64,000 nucleotides of DNA from Convolutriloba macropyga (Eukaryota): NCBI RefSeq assembly GCF_964194025.1, contig NC_134472.1:34162001-34226000 (forward strand), read 5' to 3'. The notes beneath the pieces were generated by a model. The model did not search any database and was not told the DNA's origin. It was given only the letters and a program-made list of their open reading frames with translations. A program made the position numbers and the translations under genes. Every line of letters starts with the position of its first letter. Position 1 is the first letter of the stretch. Positions 26,251 to 38,632 of this stretch are shown here, one piece after another.

Positions 26251-29200
26251 AAACTTTGGAAAAAATAGTGCCCTTTTCTCTAAGCAATTGCGAACGTCTC
26301 ATAACCGATGTTTTGGGAGCCTATCAAGGAGAGACTTTAAACTCAATTAATAATGATATAATTGATACGTCTTTTCTACTGTTAAATGATTTTAAACTTT
26401 GCATTTTACCTACACTCTCATTGGCATGGTAATTATATCTGTTCTTGGAATTCAAATGTCCTTTTTCTAACATTAATTTAACAAAATCAGTGGTGGCTTG
26501 AGAGTGACTTCGAAGTAAGTTTGAAGGTTATCATTAGTCTTGTACCACTTATAGCATTTTTTCTCATATATGGCGTCACATAGCATTTTTTCCAGTAGCA
26601 CGCTGAAATTTTGCTACAAAACCACTCCTACAAAACCCTTTCCTCTCATAAACAATGGATTAGTTCTTAGATGTGGGGTACATTTTCCAGGCAAACTTTT
26701 TTCAGTTGTTTCAAAGTTTTATTGTCTTATAACGTTTTGACGATATTTTTGGTATAAAATAGTGCGGAAGAATGATCTCAATAGAGACTGAACGGAAAAG
26801 ATAGCTAATGAGGAAGATCGTTTTACTATTTCTTTTTTCAAAGGACTTTTAGCAACTATGAAAGTTAAAATCTCCCATCCGTAAAATGATAAAGCATAAA
26901 TGTCATCACGTGTCTTGAAATTTACATTGGAAGCAGAGATAACAAAATATTAAGGACATGAGTTTGACAGTTATCATTAATTTTGTACACTTCATCACAT
27001 ATAGCAATTTTTTTACAGAAACAAACTGATATTTTCACAGTTCTGTTCACACCCCCTCCTGCCAATTCTTTTCTCGTAATAAATAATTGCTGAGTGCTTA
27101 GCCATGTATTTGCTCCTACATTATGATGTTAAAGTTTAATGAATGCCAATTTTGACGGCAAAACAAGAATTGAGTAAATCATTTAGTTTTTGGTTTGGTT
27201 AACTCTTTAAAAACTTTTTATTGAATTGCAACTGCGGTCTTCTCCTGCTCTGTTTGTTTTTTTTTTCAATTCCTTATCTTCATCCATTTCTCCTGCCACC
27301 GTTTCGGCACCATTTCAAAACAGCAGCTAATTTGAGTGAATTTTACTGCTTTGCAGTTGAGTTTTGGCACGCGACTCGTTTGTTTCTCTTTGTCGTCGAT
27401 TTCCAGGTCAGTTTAATTTTTTAATGACTCTCAAACAATCCTGTAGCAATTATATTAGTTCTGTGTCTTTTTATGCGATTTTCAGCTCAACTGCTTTTTC
27501 GTCTGACCCATTTCCCTTTTCGTCCTCAAAAACAGTTAGCGCTCGGAGGGAACTAAATGGCCAAGCAGCTCTCTTAGATCCTTACACATTACTTCACATT
27601 ACTAGTCTCTAAGTATGCGATTCACCGAAACTGTTTTGAGGAGACAAATTTAGGATGTGAAGGACGTTTCTTAGTTGTGAAAGTTTGACCCCCTTCAGTC
27701 ATCCCCCCCCCCAGTCACCGTAACCGCAGTCACCCTCACTCTCATGCTTGACCACGCCCCCAACCATGGCCTCCTCCGCTCACGCCTCCCTAATGCTAGC
27801 ATCCATAATCACCGCTTAATGAAAACTGATTTGAAAACAAAGATCAATTGGTGATACATTAAGTGCGCTGCGTATGGCAACTCGTCCCCAAAATTCGAAC
27901 TACGAAAATTAAGCATTTCAATACTTCGTCATGTATCCAAATTTAATGATAAAAACGATAACGCGTAATTCACTTCCCAGATCATATTAAAATTGTAAAT
28001 CAGCGCTGAATCATAGTATTTCTCAGTCTGTGTTTTTACTTTGAACAGATTATGATCATGTCACTTTTTACCCTGTTCAGACAAAGAATCATAGTAAAAA
28101 GGCTCATTGAAAACAGTTTGAACAGTGAAAAATTGAATTCTGTGTATCATGGCTAGTTTTGATACACATTTTTTGTGGCAGCCCTTTTCCAATAATCGAG
28201 GGAGAAAGTGTGAGGGCAATAATCTTGGACAGTTTTATACACAAGGATGAACACTTATGAGGCCACCTAGCCGGCCCACACATAAGCATAAACAGCGTGC
28301 GCCATTTTTTCACCCGCAACTCAATTTAAAAGCCTTCACCACCCCACCCGCAATAAACGCTTTTGCATCATTAACAATTTATGATGAAAAGTCAAGGCTT
28401 CTTTAAAGTTTTAGTTCCACTGTTTATTTAGTTTATTTAACTCAGTCATCCTTTGTATATAGAAGTTTAGTCTTTAGCTATCAATAGTTTAATGTCTATA
28501 ACCCCCCCCCCCTTGGTATGGTATCTTACATCTGGCATTAAAACTAAAATTTATTTTTGCTTTGGGCCTCGATTTGTTTGCCCAAATTAGTATTGCCTAA
28601 AGTAAATCAGTGCTGAAACACTGTATTTCAGTTGTATATCGCCGGCCCAGTACTGTATCTGTTTTGATTGAACTAAAACTAAGACATTCATACAAAATTC
28701 CGTTGCAATATGGAATAAAACCCATCGGCGTGTTTTTTCTGGTTTTGGCTTGTATTTATGAGTTTTGGTGGTTATTTTGTTCTAATCTTAATACGTTTAT
28801 TGCAACGTTTTAAGAATGTAAGTCATCGTCATGCTCAAAGAAAGCATCACCAAAAATTTCAAATTTCTCGAAATTTTCTCAATTTTTCATGATTATCCTA
28901 TGAACATCATGGGAATCAAACCAAGGATCCTACGTATATTTTCTGAACAAAACAATCTTTAATACTTATTCTGTACATCATGAGTACCAATATTTTCTTA
29001 AGAAACACTGATTCACTGATTCACTGATTCCTCAAAACGTGCATTGTTTTAAAAACAATTGATCATAATTTTGGAAGGGAACACAAACTTAATAACGCCA
29101 CTTTTTTGACAAAATTCTTAAATTTTTGGCAGTTTTCCAACTGTTTCTTAAGTTGGACTGCTCTTGTGCAAAGTTGTTCAGTGTTGGTCCGGTGCTGCTT

Positions 29201-30202
29201 CTGTATCTAAAGAAGCAGAAAAAAATTAAAATTTCGAATTGGCAAAAAGCAGACTTATGAAAAGACTAATGGTGGACCCACGAAAAGACCTTAACTCGAC
29301 TTTGTTGGTTATGAAAATACTAATTGTAAATCCATGAAGACACCTTGCTCAACTCTAATTGGTCATGAAAAGACTCTTGCTGGACTGAAGAAAAGACATT
29401 AGCTGGACATTTACTAGCTGCTGGACCGTGTAATTATAATCAATATCGCCCCCTCCCCCCTACTAAACTTTTAAAGTCTTTTCATTAGTCGAGGTCTAGA
29501 CATGGGTCCTCCTCTCTATTTTTTATCTTTCTCCCATTGTTTTGTTCTTGCCGGCTAAAACCAACTAGCTACTTCAAATTTCTTTGTCAAAGTTTTATAA
29601 ATAAATTTCTCAGATAAAACATGTAATTTTTGCTGAAATTGGCTCTGGTACAGAGAAACTAAATAGAATTGTTATTCTAAATTTTCACCAGATTGCGAAT
29701 CGTTATTTAACTTCATTTTTTTCCTCTGAAGAATTTTTGCGTGCTGTCTTATCCAGGTATGTTTAATCCAGTTTCCCCAGCGTCAGTTTTTTGCTAAATA
29801 GCAAGCAGTTTTTTTAAAGCAGAAGTGGTGGATATCGATTCCTTAATTTCATTTATTTCTATCGTTGTGTCTCTTATAGACAGGCTTAACAACAGTAACG
29901 TTATGGTTGTCTTCACTTTGAATGCTGATAAATTGGAAAACCTTGGTGAAAACTGTATCTCTGCGCTTTTAGTTTATTTGAAACAATCTCCAGCTCTGGT
30001 TTGCATATTTATTTTTACTATACATCACTGCCTCTCATCTTTTATAACAATATATAAATTTAAATAAAGCTGATTTTTTGTTAAGTGGTCCATTCAATAA
30101 AAACACAAATATTTTTTGTTTGTTCCAATTGTTACTCCTGTTGGGAATTTCGAGTTCGTGCTCATGATTGATTTTTCCGCTTGAGAGCTATAATTGTTTA
30201 TT

Positions 30203-31000
30203 TTGAATAGCCGCCATCAACTTTTGAGCGGCTAATTTTTGTGAAATCCAATTTATTTTGATATTATTGGTGCGCACTTTTATTTTGATATTATTGGTGC
30301 GCACTAAGATCTGTTCACACTTTTTTCGGTTTCTCCTTGTCAATGAGAATTTAGTCCAGTTGAAGTAGAAAAATGAGCGTAAAATCGAATTTGAAGCATT
30401 TTAAAACTACCCTAAAATGGAGGCAGAAATTGGTGTTTAAACCAATTTTTGGTTTTTTAGAGGCAACTTTTTTGCGCGTGACGTGACTTCTGTTTTCAGT
30501 GCTTCTTCTCATGAGTGCTATTAATATGATACACATGAGCTTTTTGCAATTGCGTAAAATCATCCACGGGGATTAATTGCTTTTTATAAATTTGACAATA
30601 TTTGTTTTCATAAAATATAGGTGAATATTTGAGTATTTATGTGGTATTACCACTTTGCATCATTAATGACAGGTCTTAATAGTTGCCAAAAATGCCTAAT
30701 GGAGATTATTCAGTGCTTCGAGTTTGTAGCCAAGATGGTGGTTTTCTCGGCTTTGACTATGTTCTCAAAGAGATTTTTGTGAATCTTTGATTTTTAATGA
30801 AAAAAAATATCTAGTTTGTGTTGCCTTATCATTGAGTCTCATTTAGGGGAGGTCTCACAGTTTGATGGGTTGGTTAATCAAGTTAAATAGTTCAAAACTA
30901 ACATTTTCATTGGAATTGAAACTTTTGTTTTCAAGAATTTTTTTATGTTATTGCTCTCTGTGACTTTTAACCAACCGTTTTCAAAGCAATTTTTGAGATA
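30203..31000 (+). mobile_element. 5' portion of an older Helentron-like copy
   Basis: AATAGCCGC...GCGGCTAATT stem (30206-30238) followed by AAGATCTGTTCACAC and AATTGGTGTTT blocks shared with 10780-11220; right end uncertain. Confidence 0.55.
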
Positions 31001-33639
31001 GTCAAAACTGAGATTGCCCTTTTTTCCTATTTCGTCATCATCGCTAGTTAGCACTTGAAATAAAAAATAACAATTCACATTGCCTTTTAGATCGGCGGAA
31101 ATTTATTGGTCAAATTTATTGGTCAAATTTAGATCGGTCAATTTATTGGCTCCAACGTTTAGCCTACGTTCTCACTGACTGAGTTAATTTTTACGTGAAT
31201 TAATAGATCTTGCCCTTCTTTGTATTTCTATTGTCAGTTTTTCAACCAATAAAACTTCTAAGAGAATATTTTTGACTTTTGAAGTTAATGGCATGAGGTG
31301 ATTAACGAATCTTGTAAGTAGTTATGTAGTTTTCTTACTTTGACGCCACTAAATTTTGAAAATTTTCTGACTTTTGCCCATTTTTTTAGTTTTGGACTCT
31401 TTGTCATTCACCAATTGACAGTCATCTGACTGCCGCTGATCTTTGTTCGTTATGTCATTGATTCCTATAAAGTTGATTTTTTGTGTACTCAGCGTAAAGA
31501 TGCTTACACTCAATTTCTTCAAAATAAAGTTGTCATTATAAATGATTCTCAAAATATAAGATCTTGAAAAACAATTTTAACTTTTTTCATATATTTTCTT
31601 CATTTTTTGCTCATTACAGTTAGTGGTGTTCTTTGATGGTTTTCATAGTTTGGTGTCAATGTATAAATGCTGTATGTGATGACAACATTTAATCCATTTC
31701 CTTGGATTGTAATTCATGACTTGTTCTGCTATTTTGTTAAATTCTCTACAAATTTTGATTACTAATGTTTAAAAACATTAAGTTACTTAATGGTTTTCTA
31801 ATGTCTAAAGAGTAAAATCAAAAGAAGCTGAGAGCTTGGTCTTTAGGTCATATTGCACTAAGTTATCAAACCTCATTAGAGCGGCTGCTAGCTGGTATCA
31901 GTGTTCAACTTAATAGTGATCAATTTAGAAGTTGAATTAAGTAAAATTTGAGAATCTAACTGAAAGTCCGCACAAAATGCGAACACTTTTTGACACATGG
32001 AAAAATTTTGTCAGTTTTTATCTCCTCTTATTTCTGCGCGGTCAAGTTTTAGGATCTGAATTTGAAAGCGGAAATCACTAAGAAGTAACACTATTTTATT
32101 ATGATTACAAGAAAGAAGACATTGATAAATAGTCAAAAAGAGAAAATTGTTGTAGCCTTATATTTGCAAGCATTTTACGTTTTTTATTCTCTTGTGTTAG
32201 AAAAAAATTGCGTCTTTTTACCAAATGAAACCAAATATTTAAATCCATTTATTTTTCTTATGAAACAAACTGGGTAAATTCTTTTGGAAATAATTTTTTT
32301 GTCTATCCTTCAAAAGGAACAAGTTCGCCGAAACCATCTCTGATCTTGAAGTCTAACTTCAGCGTGGTACAGGGTACAATCTATAAGTTAATAGGACCAA
32401 ATTTTGGTTAAATACACTATGCGTACCGGGGAGAAACAGTTTGTTCTGCCTAAAGTCTGTGTCATTGGTTATACGGGTGTTCAATTTGAAAAATAGAAAC
32501 AAGGAGTATCGTTGATGTGCGTTCGCACAAAATATTCCGACCGCGTTCAACAACTTTTTTTACTTAATTGTCCACCAAATGACGAAGAGGTAGAAAACTT
32601 TCAAAAAATCTCTTATTGTTTGAAAATAATTGTTTTATCCGTTTAAAAAAAAGCTTTAGCTCTAACCAGTTTACAAATGAAACGATAACTTATGAGTGGG
32701 CTGATAACAACTGCCATTAAAGGGCGGAATAGACAAGACAAACAAAATCAAGTAAAACAACAAGCCTTACTTACCGCCAAATCTCAATGTCTATTCATTT
32801 ATTTTGAAAAAACAATGAAAAAGTCAAAACAGCATCCGATGAATAATAAACTAAAACAAATGAATTGCATTTAACCAGATGAAATATGGGACCTGTTTTT
32901 ACTGAGGATAATTAACAAGTAGACAGAAAAAAAGGGCAAACTTAGAAAAAACGTTTTCATTTTTAGAAAACAATTAACTTCAAAGTCAGGAAATCAATTA
33001 GCAATCGTATGGCTTCATCTATGTCTTCCGACGAAAGTTTTGAAAACTGTCATTATCCTCATTACGACTACAAAAAGAACAAAAACATAAAAAAAATGAA
33101 GTTATTTCAATTTTGCGATGATACGGAGTCGAGTCCTATAAGCCCAAAATCTATTCACTAAAATTTTTGAAATAATTCAATTGCGCGTAATTCAACGCCA
33201 TTAATGTGATGTGCATGTTTCGAATAAAGGATGCAGAAATAAATTTGAAAAAGACAACTCTCAAGATATCTTTTTTAAGAGAAACAATTTTTCAAAAGCT
33301 TAAGAAATTGCAACCCTGAGCTTTCAGCTAAAAATGGTACATAATTCAGAGTGCAACTACTCAAGAAGCTAACTTTACAAGTAATTTGTGCGACTAAATA
33401 AAAAGACTACGCGTAAACACTGAATACTGGCAGAATTCAAAACTTCTCGAACAATTTTATGCAAATGGAGTTGAAGCCAAAATAACATAGGCTTCCTCCT
33501 GAATTTGTTACAAATATTACGCTCCGATTTACACTCAAATATGCTCCTAATAAAAGCAAAAAACGACAGAAATGTTACCGAAATAGCTAATTTGACAAAA
33601 AAAATCATTATACTAAAAATGAATGATGAATTTTGCATA

Positions 33640-34752
33640 CTTATCAGATTAAATTAACAAAAAAGCATCATGTATCAACAGAAATTATTAGATAAATTCT
33701 TTAAAAGCCCTATAGATATCAAATCAGCCATTTTATTAATTAGACTCAGTCTTAAGACTACACAAAGATCATTAAATTCTGGCATATCTCAGGAATTTAT
33801 TAAAAAAATTACGAAAACAATCTGTTGAAGCCATAGAAATCATGCGCTTTTCTCATAAAACACAATATTGTTTGATCGGACATGGTTGATCTATAAAACA
33901 AACTCTTATTAATTGAATACTTAATTGATAGAAAGTTGCTTGTTAATGGGATGAAAGAAATGCACAAAATATTTCAATATGACAGACCAAAAATATAAGC
34001 CGAATCCTTGTTCCTGGCAAAACTCAGCGATGCGAGCCAAAATGGCCTCGCTATGGCTGCGCGATTGTTAAATGCTCAATTGATCTTAAATATTGCGTAT
34101 TATGTGTTTTTTGCAAACCAAAATTGTAATAAATCAAAAATTAAACTACGCCTGTTTTTGTTTTATAAATATCGGTATATTTTAGCGAAATACCGCAAAA
34201 CTGTTATATCCAGAAAATTTTCGTAGGAACTGCAGGTGCAATTAGCCAATATCTAAATAAATGGAGATTTCGACAGCCGTTTTTGGGTCTGCACCACCGG
34301 TCAAGCTGGATAAAGTGGTCCAAATAGGCATATTTGATGCTATTTTTTAAGAAAAGTAAACAAGAAACGCCGAATTTTTGAAAATTTAGTCGAAACTTTT
34401 GCCAAAACAATTGATTCAAACATTTCACAAGCTCTATTCGATCTTTGGACATAAAACAAATTAGACTGCAGTTGCAAATTCTATAATATTTTAAGCAAAA
34501 ATTGATCAAAAACTGAGCAGGATTTACGATAAAGATGAAAAACAACGGAAGTTAGGCTAACGTTCACAAATCTGAAACCGCCCTAACTCCTTGGAAAAAG
34601 CGAGAAAAAAATTAATTTGTATTTATACGCTTGATAATTTTTCCAATGATGCCGCCCACAATCATGTACGATGAATAAAACGATCGGCGAAAATGGACTG
34701 AATAAAAAAAACCCCAGTTGAGTATATAGTTCCCCCCCCCCACTAAAGTCGG
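33640..34752. repeat. Unclassified dispersed repeat, homologous to 59220-60190
   Basis: Shared colinear strings tgtatcaac...attagata, ttagactc...aagac, and cgatcggcgaaaat...cccagttgagtatata...ctaaagt. Confidence 0.7.
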
Positions 34753-34835
34753 AACAATCATTCATAAATTTAAAACCTGAAGATTGAAGAAAGCTGGCGA
34801 AATATCAAATGATTCCCATGCGTTTTATAAGACAG

Positions 34836-37800
34836 AACATAGCCGGCAGATTGCCGGAAAATAGCCGCGATAGACGCTCGTGGCCTTCCATGAATTGAAA
34901 CACCTAAAGAAATAAGATAGACAGATCGACCAGCAGTCCTTTAATAGACCACAAGACTTTTTGGGTTAGCTTCGGACTGTCAATTTTTTTGACACATACG
35001 TTCTATAAGGAAAAAGCCCTTAAATAGCTATTTCAAAATTGATATTCGAAATCAAAAACTCAAGACTAAAAATCACGAATTAGGGCATACAAGATTGGCA
35101 CTACTTAGATGCACACTATTAACTAGTAAATCTTCATAAAAAATTAAAGTTCCATAAGTGAGTTCAGAAGTCATTTTTTTGAGTGAGGTAAGTCACGCAA
35201 TTGACCTAAAAGCAGAAACGACGTCACGTACATAAATTTTATCTGCAAAGCAATAGAAGTCACTGAAGTCAATTCCAAGAAGTCAATTCCAAGAAGTCAG
35301 GTCGTAAGAATCATCGATGGAGACGACGAATTAAAAAAACATAGCAGGACAAGTCCTGAAATACAATCCAAGTAATTGAATGAAAGACAGACCTAATGAT
35401 CCTGACCAGCAGATCAATTGAACAATCCCAGCCAACAAAAAAAATCTCAAAAGTTGAGAAACTAAGAGAATCAAACAAACTAACCAAAAAAACGATCATT
35501 GCTAAAACCCTTGAAGCTTTTAACTTGAAGGCCATATATAATTCATTTCAAAACACTCATTAACTCACGCAAAAACCTCGAAAGAGATGAATCTGCCACT
35601 AAAAGTAGATAAACTGGACAAATATGACAAATGCATCAAGAAACTGAGAAGAGAAAATTTAAAGAAAATTTCCAAAAATAGGGCTATTAAAAAAGTCAAA
35701 ACAATTTTTTTGACCCGGTAGTTCTGTTTTGTATATCTTTTACAACCTTTAAAAAGTTTCGTTTGCCAGTAAAGATAATTAAACTCACAGAATGACAAAA
35801 AAATCTGAGAAAAATTTGAAAACAATCGAAAATTTCAAATTGCACGCTTTATTTATAAAATTCCCTACAATCGCAAAACTAAAAAAATGGAAACAAATTT
35901 ATTGCCTCTAGAAACTATGTAGTAACATACTAGCAAACCCTATAGGAGGTTCCTGGCCTCTGAATAAAAATTTCAAAAATTTAAAGAAAAAAATTGCAAC
36001 TTTTTCAAAAAATTGGTAAAAGATATTAAAATGATGAATACCATTCCATAGCCAAAAAAATATTTTTAGTAAGCTGTTAGCAAACACTAGATGAGGCTTC
36101 TTGCCCCCCTGAGGCTGGAAAACTTGAATAATGACAATAAATATCAGAAAATTTGAAAAAAGAACCAAGTTTGATTAAAAAAATTGGTAAAATTCATGAA
36201 GTTAAAAAGTCTAAAACCACCTCATTACCACTAGAAACTATGCAATAACCTATTATTAAACCCCAGAGGAGTTTTTTCTGACATTAAAGTCTGAAACAAC
36301 TCATTTTGACATTAAAGTCTGAAACAACTCAAAAAATGACAAAAATTTTCAATTATTTTGAAAAAATTAGTTTAAATTAACGTGTTTATGTTTGGAGTAG
36401 CAATAGATAGAGCGCTTTAAGTGGCCGTAAAAAGCAATTACGTCTTGCAAAGGACCTCTATCAACTTTACTAAACCTCAATTTCTGACTGGTCTAACAAA
36501 AAATCCAAAAAATGACAAAAAAGTGCTAAAAATTTCATTATTTTAGGCTCAAAAACTCCCATAAATGACCTAATAACCTTGAATTACGCTTTGCCACTCC
36601 AAGCACTTGGAGGACTACTAAACTTGGGCCTCTAATGAAACTTGATGCCCGCTGAGCTTTACCTGTTTATCCCGTTTTGAAAGCTCAAAGTCATGAAAAC
36701 AGGTGTGAAAACATCTTACAAAAAGAAAAAAAACATAGCAGGACAAGTCCTGACGTTCAATTCAAAGAATTTTCATTGACTTAACAGAAAAACTAAACCT
36801 AAAATGGTTATGAGTGAATTGAGAAAACTATTTTAAAAAAAATTAGAAAAAAAAAACAGAAAATCAATGTCAAATTGCCGCATGTGAACAAAAAAACCAT
36901 TAGCGTGAAATGAAAATTTAATTCCAACAAAAAACTAGGCCTAGAATGGCTTTGAATGGATTGGGAAAACCATTTAGAAAAAAAATCCGATCCGAAAAAT
37001 CGAAAAAACAGTAAAAATCAGAGTGAAATTGCCGCATGTGAACAAAAAACCACTACCGAGAAACCGAATTTATGTTCAAACACCGTTTTCTCAATCTACT
37101 TTAAAATTATAGCGAAAAAAATTCACGCCGCAAAACCACTCGCTTTTTCGCTCCATTTCCTGTTTCGGCGTGACCAAAATCACTACTCCAATTTGACTTC
37201 AAAAATCATGAAAATGTGTGAACAGATCTTAAAAAAAAACATAGCCGGAAGAATTCCGGAAACGACTCGAAGGAGAAAACTGCCCATCCTTATGACTAAA
37301 CAACTGAACAACTATTGTGAACCGTGAACCTTCATAAATGCCATAAAAAATTAAGGAAGAATAGAAACAGCTTTGAAAAACAAATTTAACAAAAAAACAA
37401 TAAAAACTTAAGTTTTTTATTTTGAGTTTTTTATAGTACAAGAAAACATAAAGCCGAATAAAGTTCCTTTGCAATTAGTGCAATGAAAAGCTCGCAAAAC
37501 AATGGGCAAGTCATATAAGGCTAAGAAACTTGTCTAAGATTAAAAGAAAAGAAAACCTTCAAAAAATAAGAAAGATGGTTTTAAAATGTCTCAATTTTTC
37601 TGTCAATTTTCCTCAGAAAAAATGAGTTATACCAAGAAAACATTACTCAAATGGTATCTGCAAATTCCTTAAGTAACAAGCGTTTATCCAAAACCCACTT
37701 AAAGCATTAAAACAAAAAAACCGGCAAAAAATCATTAAATTTCGTCTAAAAATCAGCAAAACTGATCAAATACATGCAAATTAGCATTAAACTCAGAATT

Positions 37801-38280
37801 AACTACTTGAAACCTTCAATTCCTATCAAAACAAGCCTAAAATTAATACAATATCATAATCAAACCTCATAACCATCAAAAGTTGCAAAAAACTGCTTTT
37901 AAAAGCCGCACGTGAACAAAAAATTTCGCTCGCTTAGAGAAAATTTTTTCACACATCAATTTCTCGCTCTCTCAAAAACAGCGGTATGAACAAAAACCAC
38001 TCTCTTTTCGCTCCGCTCTCAACTTTTGCTCAGCCCCAAAATCACTCCAAATTTTTTCACGCGTTTCATTTCCCGCTTCAAAAATCACTCCAATAAAATT
38101 GATTAAAAAAAGGACTTCTCCAATACTCCTCTTCGAGTCGTAAAAAAAAAGACAGCGCCCCAATACAATTCAAATTCTTTGAATTGTAAAAAAGACAGAG
38201 CACCAATACAATCCAATTCTTGGATTGTAAAAAAACCATAATGTCCCCAATAATAGCCGCTATCGCTTCGCGGCTATTAA
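34836..38280 (-). mobile_element. Composite Helentron/DINE-1-like element (about 3.45 kb) with both ends intact
   Basis: 5' stem AATAGCCGC-N9-GCGGCTATT (38252-38278); 3' subTIR (34860-34868) plus perfect hairpin CCGGCA-GAT-TGCCGG (34843-34857); A-rich flanks and no TSD. Confidence 0.72.
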
Positions 38281-38341
38281 AAAGACGATAGCTTCAAAAT
38301 CTCTTTCAGTTCTACTTTAAAATTCAAATTTAGAAAAGTAT

Positions 38342-38632
38342 TTACTCAAAAGTCATGTTGAATTGAGAATCTTTGGTCATAGTAGTAGTAGATGTTGAAA
38401 AAGACCTCTGGTCACTGTTATTAGATACTTTGTTCAAACTCTTCTTGACATCGCTCTTTTTGCTTTTGTTAGCAGTTGTTGTTGTTGCTGTTACATGCGT
38501 CGAATTTAGAGGCAAGTCTGAATGTGATTGGACAATTGCAGCTGAAGAGTTTGGGGTGGGGGTTGTAGGCATGGCTGTAGGAGGAGTATGTTTCTTGCAT
38601 TTAACTCGTCTGTTCTGAAACCAGATCTTCAC
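38342..38632 (-). CDS. Gsx: Gsx exon 5: homeodomain residues 45-60 ([16 protein letters not shown]) plus Thr/Ser/Lys-rich tail to the stop
   Basis: Acceptor ttttgttccag|GTG; lies within ORF 38342..38650. Confidence 0.9.
   Translation of the reverse strand: MKIWFQNRRVKCKKHTPPTAMPTTPTPNSSAAIVQSHSDLPLNSTHVTATTTTANKSKKSDVKKSLNKVSNNSDQRSFSTSTTTMTKDSQFNMTFE

Noticed and set aside
28258-28280. CTCF-like site (also at 1314-1332)
   Set aside because: Core mismatch or spacing error, and the second instance lies in probable transposon sequence.
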